From positions 120,001 through 152,000 of the forward strand of contig OX638337.1 of assembly GCA_951812855.1 (NCBI GenBank): a stretch of 32,000 nucleotides of DNA, read 5' to 3'. Positions 17,542-25,805 of the stretch are shown here, in pieces. The notes under the pieces were generated by a model. It was not told where the DNA came from, searched no databases, and was given only the letters and a program-made list of their open reading frames with translations. How positions within the stretch are numbered: position 1 is the first letter of the stretch; each line of letters opens with the position of its first letter. Source of the DNA: an uncultured Lentisphaeria bacterium. Lineage in GTDB: Bacteria; Verrucomicrobiota; Lentisphaeria; JABSQK01; JAJFLO01. The translations under genes and the position numbers were made by a program.

Positions 17542-17981
17542 AAAATCTTAGACTGCGGGTTGGAATTTTCACGTTATACGGTAATTGAATTACAGAGAAG
17601 ACGTTCCCGAATAATATAAGTATTCATTGCAATACCCATACAATACATCATCGTTACCTTTAATTCGATACCATCGCATAAATTAACTCTGTATTCATAA
17701 ACAAGCCTGTCAAACCAAATCAGGATTTGATTGTTACGGATAAATACACAAATGAGATTGCAACTCGGGTTGCAATTGCCGATTAAAACGTCATTGATAC
17801 GGCGATTGCAAAGGCAGTCGGTGCGACAAAAGCAATGCGTTTACACTTTCGTATTTGATCTGTATGCTTCTGAGATTCGGGTTCAGGTAAAAAAAAGATC
17901 TGCTCAACTCCAGGAAAAGGGAAAATGACGTTCAGAGAGAGTCTATTTGCGAAAGGTATCACCTATAACCTCCCTCAATTC

Positions 17982-20192
17982 TCATAGCAATGAATACGGG
18001 TCGACATCAATCGTTACAGTTATTTTTTTGGGTGATTTTATTGAGTAAAAGAACTGTTTAATATATTTACTCAGTACCATGATTTTCTCGGTACACATCA
18101 AGATTTGGTAGGTATATAATCCCCGTTTTTTAAGAATTGGACTGGGTAATACAGGCGAACAATTAATATGTTTTGGAATTTTTGATTTCAACAGTTCAAA
18201 ACAGTACGTGGCATACGTTCTGACTTCATCGTCATTTTCCCCCTTAAACGAGAGTAATAACAAGTGTTCAATCGGGGGGAGTTTTAACTGCATTCTGCTT
18301 TCTAATTCTTTTTCAAAGAACAGCTCATAATCCTGGTCAATAGCAGACATCAAGATTGGATGACAGGGTGTATACGTCTGTACAATAACCCGCCCGGGCA
18401 AATCACCTCTTCCCGAACGTCCAGCAACCTGAACCAATAACTGAAAGGCTCGTTCACCAGCTCTAAAATCGGTCAAATTAAGGGATTGATCTGCAAAAAT
18501 AATACCAACAACGGTTACATTTGGAAAATGAAGTCCTTTGGCAATCATTTGAGTTCCGATTAGAATATCAATTTCACCGGCGCGAAATGACGTTAATGCC
18601 TGCCGATATGAATCCTTTTTAGTCATGGTATCTGAATCCATTCTCAATGATCGTGCATACGGAAATTTTCCTTTTATTGATGCTTCAATCTTTTCGGTGC
18701 CCAAACCACTAAAACGAATTCTTTTATCACCGCATCCAGGACATTTTTCAGGAGCTTTAGTTACCGATCCACATAAATGGCAAATTAATTGTGATCGCGA
18801 TTTATGATAGGTAAAATTCATCGTACAATCAGAACATTCAGCGACAAAATCACACTTCAGACATTGCAACTGAGTTGCATACCCGCGTCGATTCAAAAAT
18901 AACATTACCTGTTCCCCGTTCTCCAGAGCATCCCTTATTTCAGTGATCAAGCGTCTCGAAAATATTTGGTATCTTTCTTTTTCTGCATTTTCAACAGTTA
19001 GATCAACAATATTCATTTCGGGAAGTTGCTGATTTTCAATGCGTTGTGATAATGTTAGAAGATTATATTTCCCCTTTTTCGCATTGTAAAAGGATTCTAC
19101 AGAGGGAGTGGCTGTTCCTAAAATGACTGTAATATTTTCCAGCTTACCGCGCATGACGGCAACATCCCGTGCATGATAACGTGGTATATTTCCCTGCTTA
19201 TAACTGGTTTCATGTTCTTCATCAACAATAATCAGTCCCAGATTGCGAAAAGGAGCAAACAACGCTGAACGTGCACCAACAACGATTTTAACCTGGCCAT
19301 TATTTATTTTATTCCATTCATCGAAACGTTCACCCGCACTTAAATGGCTGTGAAGAACGCTTACCTGATCACCAAACCGACTTCGGAATCGTTCGGTTGT
19401 TTGTGGTGTTAATGCAATTTCAGGAACTAATACAATGGATTCAAGATTGAGTTTCAAACATTCAGCGATGCCCTGGAGATAAATTTCAGTTTTGCCGCTG
19501 CCGGTAACACCAAATAATAAAATAACGTCCTTTTTCTCGCTGTTTATACTATGGACCACTTTGTTAAAGGCATTTGATTGCTCGGTATTTAGATTCAGAG
19601 GGGAGGTTGGGATGATACGATCATTTGCGAACGGGTCCCTTGCCTGGGTTTCATCGCTTATCAGAATATAGTTTTTTGCTTCCATTGTTCGTATTGCTGG
19701 GTAAGAAATCTTATGTTCTTTTACCAGTTTCGATAAAGGGTATTCCTTGTTTTTTAAAAGGAATCTGAGAACGTCTGCTTGTTTTGAGGCCTTTTTGTTA
19801 AGAGACTGTAGAATAATTGGAATCTCAGCTTCATTCTTAACACGTACAATTTTGCGTGTTTTTTCTTTGATTAACCGTCCTCGAACCGCTGCGGGCAGTA
19901 AGGCTATAATGGCTTGTTCTTTAGTACAGCAATAATAGTCTGCCATCCATTTTCCCAGTTCAACCAATGGTGAAGAAATCATTGGTTTATTGCCAATAAT
20001 ACTATCAATCTCTTTTAAATCGGGGTAATCACTTTTTTGGGGAAGGTCAATAACAAATCCCTTTCTACTGCTTTTGCCAAACGGGACTTTAACCATAGAT
20101 CCAATACTGATTCTGTTGACCAGATTTGATGGTATGGAATAATCAAAGGATTTATCAAGAGAAAGATTAGTGATTATTCTGGCGATATTCAT
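17982..20192 (-). CDS. priA: Primosomal protein N' (replication restart helicase PriA)
   Basis: Walker A GVTGSGKTEIY, DEEHE box, Cys-rich Zn region (CLKCDFVAECSDCTMNFTYH...CHLCG...CPGCG), and QVAGRSGR. Confidence 0.95.
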   Translation of the reverse strand: MNIARIITNLSLDKSFDYSIPSNLVNRISIGSMVKVPFGKSSRKGFVIDLPQKSDYPDLKEIDSIIGNKPMISSPLVELGKWMADYYCCTKEQAIIALLPAAVRGRLIKEKTRKIVRVKNEAEIPIILQSLNKKASKQADVLRFLLKNKEYPLSKLVKEHKISYPAIRTMEAKNYILISDETQARDPFANDRIIPTSPLNLNTEQSNAFNKVVHSINSEKKDVILLFGVTGSGKTEIYLQGIAECLKLNLESIVLVPEIALTPQTTERFRSRFGDQVSVLHSHLSAGERFDEWNKINNGQVKIVVGARSALFAPFRNLGLIIVDEEHETSYKQGNIPRYHARDVAVMRGKLENITVILGTATPSVESFYNAKKGKYNLLTLSQRIENQQLPEMNIVDLTVENAEKERYQIFSRRLITEIRDALENGEQVMLFLNRRGYATQLQCLKCDFVAECSDCTMNFTYHKSRSQLICHLCGSVTKAPEKCPGCGDKRIRFSGLGTEKIEASIKGKFPYARSLRMDSDTMTKKDSYRQALTSFRAGEIDILIGTQMIAKGLHFPNVTVVGIIFADQSLNLTDFRAGERAFQLLVQVAGRSGRGDLPGRVIVQTYTPCHPILMSAIDQDYELFFEKELESRMQLKLPPIEHLLLLSFKGENDDEVRTYATYCFELLKSKIPKHINCSPVLPSPILKKRGLYTYQILMCTEKIMVLSKYIKQFFYSIKSPKKITVTIDVDPYSLL

Positions 20193-20327
20193 AGACAGTA
20201 TAGAGGCGGATAATTAAGAAAATTAGATATTAGCTATATTTAAAATCTGTAACTATGTTACGCATCGATCATATTCAATACAATTTTGCCAATATAACTT
20301 TCAAAATTGGAACGGCTTCGAAATCAA

Positions 20328-20888
20328 TTATTTTTCGTCTTTTTCGAATGCAAGAGATACTGAATTAATGCAATACCGTTTATTCGTTGGTGCAGGACCA
20401 TCGTTAAAGACATGCCCAAGGTGTGAATCGCATCGACCGCACATGACCTCAATTCGTTGCATACCGAATGTTCTGTCAATCTCTGTTTTTACATTTTTAT
20501 CATTCACGGGATCCCAAAAGCTCGGCCAGCCGGTACCCGAATCAAATTTAGTATCAGAATCGAATAAAGGGTGCCCACAGGCAACACAATTATAGGTCCC
20601 TTTTTCTTTATTATTATACAACGATCCGGTAAATGCTCTTTCAGTTCCTTTTTCGCGACAGACATAATATTGTTCGGGAGTGAGTTTTTTTTTCCAATCC
20701 GCCTCAGACAAGACAATTTTGTCAGATTTATTGTCGGGGTCTATATTCTGGTTTGCACTCACCGTTTTGTCCTTTTTGTTGTCTGAATTTGATTGTGAAT
20801 TTACCTGTTCGCAGCCGATAAAAGCCGCAATTGAACAAAAAATAAATATGTATAGTATATTATGATTGCATTTTCTTGTCTTTAACAT
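20328..20888 (-). CDS. msrB: Peptide-methionine (R)-S-oxide reductase MsrB, predicted exported lipoprotein
   Basis: SelR domain with two CxxC Zn motifs ([21 protein letters not shown]), GTGWPSF and the catalytic RYCINS. The N-terminus [16 protein letters not shown] resembles a signal peptide plus lipobox and is followed by an N/K/D-rich linker. Confidence 0.9.
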   Translation of the reverse strand: MLKTRKCNHNILYIFIFCSIAAFIGCEQVNSQSNSDNKKDKTVSANQNIDPDNKSDKIVLSEADWKKKLTPEQYYVCREKGTERAFTGSLYNNKEKGTYNCVACGHPLFDSDTKFDSGTGWPSFWDPVNDKNVKTEIDRTFGMQRIEVMCGRCDSHLGHVFNDGPAPTNKRYCINSVSLAFEKDEK

Positions 20889-21040
20889 TTCAAAATACTC
20901 CAGTATTATAATAGTTTTTCGTTATCAATTATAAATCTTGAGAAACCCTGTAAGCATAACAGTTCAACGACAGCATTTCAGTTTTACGAATTTAAATCAT
21001 TAATGACGCCTTTTAAGACCTTCCAGACTTACTGTTAATT

Positions 21041-22183
21041 ATGGAAATTGAAACCGCAGCAATATATATCGGACAGGAACCTGAACCGAATACCGGTGCT
21101 GTTATTCCTCCAATCTACTCAACGTCAACATTTTCTCAAATTGAGCCGGGGGTGACAAACGGGTATGATTATACGCGTTCAGGCAATCCAAATTTTTCAA
21201 ATCTGGAAAAAACATTATCTGCAATTGAAGAAGCTGAATATGCAACTGTTTTTGGCAGCGGCATGGCAGCAATCACTGCAATTCTGTCATCCTTAAAACA
21301 CGGTGATTTGATATTGGCAGAAGAAAATATTTACGGATGTACCTATCGCATATTGGACAGAGTCTTTAATAAATTTGGACTGAGCGTTGAATATCTGGAC
21401 TTCAGCAATTCTGATAATTTTCATTTTATAACGGAAAAATCGCCTGCACTGGTCTGGATAGAATCGCCAACGAATCCACTTCTGAAGATCATTGATATAG
21501 AAGCGGTTTCCAGAATTGTGCAAAAAACAGGATCGACATTGGTTGTGGATAATACCTTTGCTTCTGCATATTTACAAAAGCCAATTAAACTCGGTGCCTG
21601 TATTTCTGTATCAAGCACAACAAAATATATAAACGGTCATTCAGATTCTCTCGGGGGTGTTGTCATCACAGACCAGGAAGATTGGCATGAAAAAATGATC
21701 TTTGCCCAGAAGGCTGTAGGACTGAATCCTTCACCATTTGATACATGGCTAATCTCACGAGGTGTAAAAACTCTGCCTGTGCGTATGGAACAACACTGCA
21801 AAAATGCACAGAGGTTTGCGAACTTTTTAGAATCGTTATCCGTTGTAAAAACTGTTCGTTATCCGTTTTTAAAGTCGCATGTGCAGTACGAGTTGGCAAA
21901 ACGGCAGATGACAGGTGGTTCCGGTATTGTTACCGTTACATTTGATTTTTCACTTGAACAAACAAAAAAATTAATTTCAGGGCTTAAATATTTTACTTTG
22001 GCAGAGAGTCTTGGCGGTATTGAATCTCTTGTCTGTCATCCTGCATCCATGACGCATGCATCAATACCTCAGCAAGAAAGAGAATATGTGGGAATAAGTG
22101 ATGGTTTGGTACGTTTTTCCGTAGGTATAGAAAACTGTGATGATTTGATTGATGATTTCAATAATGCATTGACCGGCATATGA
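21041..22183 (+). CDS. Trans-sulfuration PLP enzyme (cystathionine gamma-synthase / beta- or gamma-lyase family)
   Basis: Cys/Met-metabolism PLP family: YDYTRSGNPN, FGSGMAAI, VVDNTFAS, and the PLP lysine in SSTTKYINGHSD. Reaction specificity cannot be assigned from sequence alone. Confidence 0.9.
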   Translation: MEIETAAIYIGQEPEPNTGAVIPPIYSTSTFSQIEPGVTNGYDYTRSGNPNFSNLEKTLSAIEEAEYATVFGSGMAAITAILSSLKHGDLILAEENIYGCTYRILDRVFNKFGLSVEYLDFSNSDNFHFITEKSPALVWIESPTNPLLKIIDIEAVSRIVQKTGSTLVVDNTFASAYLQKPIKLGACISVSSTTKYINGHSDSLGGVVITDQEDWHEKMIFAQKAVGLNPSPFDTWLISRGVKTLPVRMEQHCKNAQRFANFLESLSVVKTVRYPFLKSHVQYELAKRQMTGGSGIVTVTFDFSLEQTKKLISGLKYFTLAESLGGIESLVCHPASMTHASIPQQEREYVGISDGLVRFSVGIENCDDLIDDFNNALTGI

Positions 22184-22246
22184 TAAATAAATTCTCCTGT
22201 AACTAACGTCTCCAGATTATAATCCAGGGTTTAGACACATATACAA

Positions 22247-23728
22247 ATGACAGACTTATTAAAAAATCCTTATTCGCATCCTCAAGATTTAGGTAAGCCG
22301 TTACCTGCCTGGCCGCACGCAACTTCCGTATGTATGCCGCAATGGTTGGATAATGTTGATTATGAGAAGGCGGACACACGTGTAACAAATGATTTGACAT
22401 GTGGATATCCCCGATTTATCTACCATCCTTTTATTGTTGAACTTGCAGAAAAGTATGAGAAAGAGTTAGCTGATCCCGGCGAGAAATGTCTGCCTTTCCC
22501 ATCTGAAACCGTTGCTGAAACATGCCAGCATTATATTAAAGCAGTATCAAATCAAAAAACCAGAATTCATGACATCGGTATCAATGGAATTCATGTCATA
22601 ATTTTTCCTGAGGAATGTAGTCAAATCGTTAAAGATTTCTGGGAACATTCCGGTGAAATAGTCTCATCCAGACATGCCCGTGCAACACTGGATTCAGTAA
22701 CCTGTAATTATAAAAACCATGACGCCGAGATTACTCTAAAAAAGCGTATTGCACAATTAGTTGACTCTGACAGCGACGATATTTATTTATTTCCTTCGGG
22801 AATGTCTGCAATTTTTAATATTTATACTGCATATCAAAAAAGGTACCCAGACAGGAAAAGCATACAGTTCGGATTCCCTTACGTTGATACATTGAAAATA
22901 CAAAATAAGTTTGGATGTGGCGTTGAGTTTTTCCCGGGAGGTGACTCAAAAGATCTTCTTAATTTAGAAGCGTACCTGAAGTCTAATTCCACAATGGCAC
23001 TGTTTTGTGAATTTCCTATGAATCCTCTTTTGACAACTCCGGATTTAGAGACGTTGACGTCGCTGGCAAATTCCTATGATTTTCCGTTAATTGTTGATGA
23101 TACGATATCAACATTTGCGAATACATCATTGTTGTTGTCTTCAGATGTTATTGTTACAAGTTTGACCAAGTTTTTTTCAGGTGTCGGCGACGTGATGGGT
23201 GGGTGTGCAATTCTTAACAAGAATAAAAGCGGTTATCCCATGCTTAAAGATTACCTCAATGAAAACTATGAAAATAATTTTTGGCCGGAGGATTGTATTG
23301 TTTTGGAGCGGAACTCAAGGGAATTCATTCAACGAATGAAAAAAATTAATAATACCACTGAACTTTTGTGCGACAGGCTTAGTGAACACCCTATGATTAA
23401 AGACTTATATTACCCTAAATTTCAAACCCCCAAAAATTATGAAAAATATCTCAGGCAGGGCGGGGGATACAGCGGCTTGTTTTCGATTGTAATTAAAAAT
23501 CCGGAAGTCAATTCTGAAGAGGTTTTTGACAAATTAAATATCAGCAAGGGGCCGAGTCTGGGGACGTGCTTTTCGCTGGCGTGTCCTTATACGATTCTAG
23601 CCCACTATAATGAACTGAATTTTACTGATGAATGTGGCATTTCACGATATTTGATCAGAGTATCAGTCGGGTTGGAGGAGCCGGATGATTTAATCAGCAG
23701 ATTTAATTCAGCATTGTCTGAAATTTAG
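22247..23728 (+). CDS. Long-form Cys/Met-metabolism PLP enzyme (cystathionine gamma-synthase-like) with ~150-aa N-terminal extension
   Basis: PLP-fold motifs FPSGMSAIF, VDDTISTF and the lysine in VTSLTKFFSG. The N-terminal region (LGKPLPAWPHATSVCMPQWLDNVDYEKAD..VTNDLTCGYPRFIYH) resembles, from memory, the N-terminal region of fungal Str2/Met7-type CGS homologues. Confidence 0.8.
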   Translation: MTDLLKNPYSHPQDLGKPLPAWPHATSVCMPQWLDNVDYEKADTRVTNDLTCGYPRFIYHPFIVELAEKYEKELADPGEKCLPFPSETVAETCQHYIKAVSNQKTRIHDIGINGIHVIIFPEECSQIVKDFWEHSGEIVSSRHARATLDSVTCNYKNHDAEITLKKRIAQLVDSDSDDIYLFPSGMSAIFNIYTAYQKRYPDRKSIQFGFPYVDTLKIQNKFGCGVEFFPGGDSKDLLNLEAYLKSNSTMALFCEFPMNPLLTTPDLETLTSLANSYDFPLIVDDTISTFANTSLLLSSDVIVTSLTKFFSGVGDVMGGCAILNKNKSGYPMLKDYLNENYENNFWPEDCIVLERNSREFIQRMKKINNTTELLCDRLSEHPMIKDLYYPKFQTPKNYEKYLRQGGGYSGLFSIVIKNPEVNSEEVFDKLNISKGPSLGTCFSLACPYTILAHYNELNFTDECGISRYLIRVSVGLEEPDDLISRFNSALSEI

Positions 23729-23741
23729 AAAAAATATTGAC

Positions 23742-23980
23742 ATGAACACTGAAGCCATCATGGTCGGAAACGCTGCTGCTGCAATACAAGGTGCACCGGT
23801 AACAACTCTTGATTTTATGTATCGAAAGACGAGAAGCAATCTAAAGAAGTTGAAACAAATTGCCGATGAATAAACGCACCCATTTTTAAAGGGTTCGATT
23901 ACCCGGTGGCGGATCATCGTTATAAAAACAATCATAATCGCTTTAATTTCAAGGATCGTGCGGCTAATCAGGCATTATAG
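23742..23980 (+). pseudogene. Nucleotidyltransferase-fold protein fragment (nonsense plus frameshift, 3'-truncated)
   Basis: ATG 23742 gives MNTEAIMVGNAAAAIQGAPVTTLDFMYRKTRSNLKKLKQIADE, then TAA at 23871-23873. This resembles the N-terminus of small NTase-fold proteins (xVGGxAAxxHGxxRxTxDxDxVY..xxxNLxxL). Protein-like reading continues in the same frame (THPFLKGS) and in another frame (FKGFDYPVADHRYKNNHNRFNFKDRAANQAL-TAG at 23978-23980). The family assignment is from memory, not from a search. Confidence 0.45.
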
Positions 23981-24649
23981 ATCAATAATAGGAAATCCCG
24001 ATAGAATCCTCCTGACATCCGTGCTAAAAATTCAATCACTGTATTTGACGTAAAAAGCCTTTTTGTATCAATTCTCAGGTCGATAAATTTTAAGAGTGTG
24101 TCCAGTCCTTCATCCTCTTTGCGTTTCTTTTTCTCACTGGCTATTGGTACCGGAGCAAGCGTATAACAATATTCAAAATTATTCTCTGTATGCCGGGGAG
24201 GGAGTTTTGAAGTAACTGGTGCAGAAAATATAATATTAACTCGGAGAGCATTGAAAATATCCGCCCCGTCAAAAAAAGTCTTGCGGTCGCATTTCAAGTG
24301 AAAATTTTCGTAACAGATTCTCCACCGGCCATACCATGATATCAATATGATCACATTCTCTCAAAACCTCTTTTGATATTGGGAAACAAAGTGGTGTGAA
24401 TTTATCACGTAGACTATGCTGACGACAACGTAACTGCGTTGACTCTCCACAACCTCTATGACCGGTAAAAATAATTTTTGAAAAGTTATCTGCCGTTTTT
24501 ACTGTATTTTGTAACTCCAATTGACAGAGCAATAAATCATTTGGGTCATCTTTTAATTCCAGATACCCGGGATTATCATGAGGTCATGTGCTAAGTCAAA
24601 TACGGGGTGATATGTCATTAAGTTCTCTTACCGGTTTGAAGTCATTCAT
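23968..24649 (-). pseudogene. P-loop NTPase (AAA/STAND-like) pseudogene
   Basis: The minus strand from ATG 24649 reads MNDFKPVRELNDISPRI-TGA-LST-TGA-PHDNPGYLELKDDPNDLLLCQLELQNTVKTADNFSKIIFTGHRGCGESTQL... The in-frame TGAs are at 24598-24596 and 24586-24584. The Walker A Lys is replaced by Glu (GCGES-T). A frameshift within 24269-24354 links the 87-aa and 128-aa ORFs. The C-terminus ends abruptly after LARMSGGFYRDFLLLI. Confidence 0.65.
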
Positions 24650-24779
24650 AAGCTGATTGTAATATCGGTTTGTAATACCAGTTTATCAGGCTTTGCAGAG
24701 GATGTCATAAAAAAATTTTTGTATATGAACCTGCCGTTATTATAATGTATTAGTTGAAATAATAAAATTCGGTAAAATA

Positions 24780-25775
24780 ATGATTGCCAATTTCTTCTTA
24801 TTGATTATGAGTTTGTCTGTCCTGATCAAGTCAGCTGATTTTTTTATTGACAGCTCGGTTATAATTGCCAAACGACTCCATATTTCAAAAATGGTTATCG
24901 GGCTCACCATTGTTTCTATAGGTACCTCACTTCCTGAACTTGCCATCTCTACTGCTGCCGCATTCAATGGTCATTCCCAAATCGCACTCGGAAACGTTGT
25001 CGGATCAAATATATGTAATATCGGTGTTATATTGGGTATTACTGCTTTGATTAATCCAATTACGTGTCCACGAAAAAATATCAAATCAGAAGGCTTCCTG
25101 ATGTTGGGTATTACCATTCTGTTTTGGACATTATCAGCTTTATTGGGTGAAATCCCCCGATTTATAGGCGGACTTTATTTAATTATCTTTGTCATATTTT
25201 TAGTCTGTTTAATAAAACGAAAACCACCTGAACTTCAGGACCTTATATCTGATGAAAAATCTGAATCCAATGAAAAGGAATACTCAGAAGTTGAAGTTAA
25301 TGCTGACCTGCATGACGATAATTCGTCCACACTCAATTTGATTGTTAAACTTGCTCTGGCGATGACTGCAGTGCTGGTCAGCAGCGAATATATGATTCGG
25401 GCTACAGTTGCTTTAGCACGTGGATTTAATGTAAGTGAACATATTATAGCCCTTTCCATGATTGCATTTGGTACGTCCCTTCCCGAATTATCGGTTTCAA
25501 TCGCAGCGATTAAAAAAAATCACGGGGATATACTTGTTGGGAATATCATGGGATCAAATATCAGTAATATTTTATTAATACTTGGCGTCACATCATTGAT
25601 TCTCCCGATAAGGATCGATGCACTGACATTAAAATTGGATTATACGATGATGGCCTTTTTAAGTGTGTTAATGATCCTGTTTCTTTATCAGAAAAACGGC
25701 ATTAATCGAAATAAAGGTATCGTATTCCTTGGATTATACAGTCTGGTATTATGGCGGTGTATCAGCTTTTCTTAA
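24780..25775 (+). CDS. Ca2+/Na+ (cation) antiporter, CaCA family (YrbG-like)
   Basis: Two alpha-repeat signatures, GTSLPELAIS and GTSLPELSVS, each followed by GN[VI][VM]GSNI. About 10 TM segments with a central acidic loop. Confidence 0.9.
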   Translation: MIANFFLLIMSLSVLIKSADFFIDSSVIIAKRLHISKMVIGLTIVSIGTSLPELAISTAAAFNGHSQIALGNVVGSNICNIGVILGITALINPITCPRKNIKSEGFLMLGITILFWTLSALLGEIPRFIGGLYLIIFVIFLVCLIKRKPPELQDLISDEKSESNEKEYSEVEVNADLHDDNSSTLNLIVKLALAMTAVLVSSEYMIRATVALARGFNVSEHIIALSMIAFGTSLPELSVSIAAIKKNHGDILVGNIMGSNISNILLILGVTSLILPIRIDALTLKLDYTMMAFLSVLMILFLYQKNGINRNKGIVFLGLYSLVLWRCISFS

Positions 25776-25805
25776 CTTATTCTAATATAAGGAATTATAA
25801 AAAAT

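Noticed and set aside
20889-21040. A SAM riboswitch upstream of the met-type PLP genes, and preQ1 riboswitches upstream of queC (12766-12793) and queF (29533-29595).
   Set aside because: No recognisable conserved cores are present, and the leaders are too short or lack the required helices. A covariance-model scan would be the decisive test.
24584-24598. Two in-frame TGA codons in the P-loop NTPase gene as evidence for UGA recoding (genetic code 4 or 25, or selenocysteine).
   Set aside because: TGA clearly terminates conserved housekeeping genes in this window (the 3D-domain gene at 374-376, rpmB at 7355-7357, the PLP enzyme at 22181-22183). The same gene also carries a frameshift and a Walker A K>E change, so pseudogenisation is the simpler explanation.
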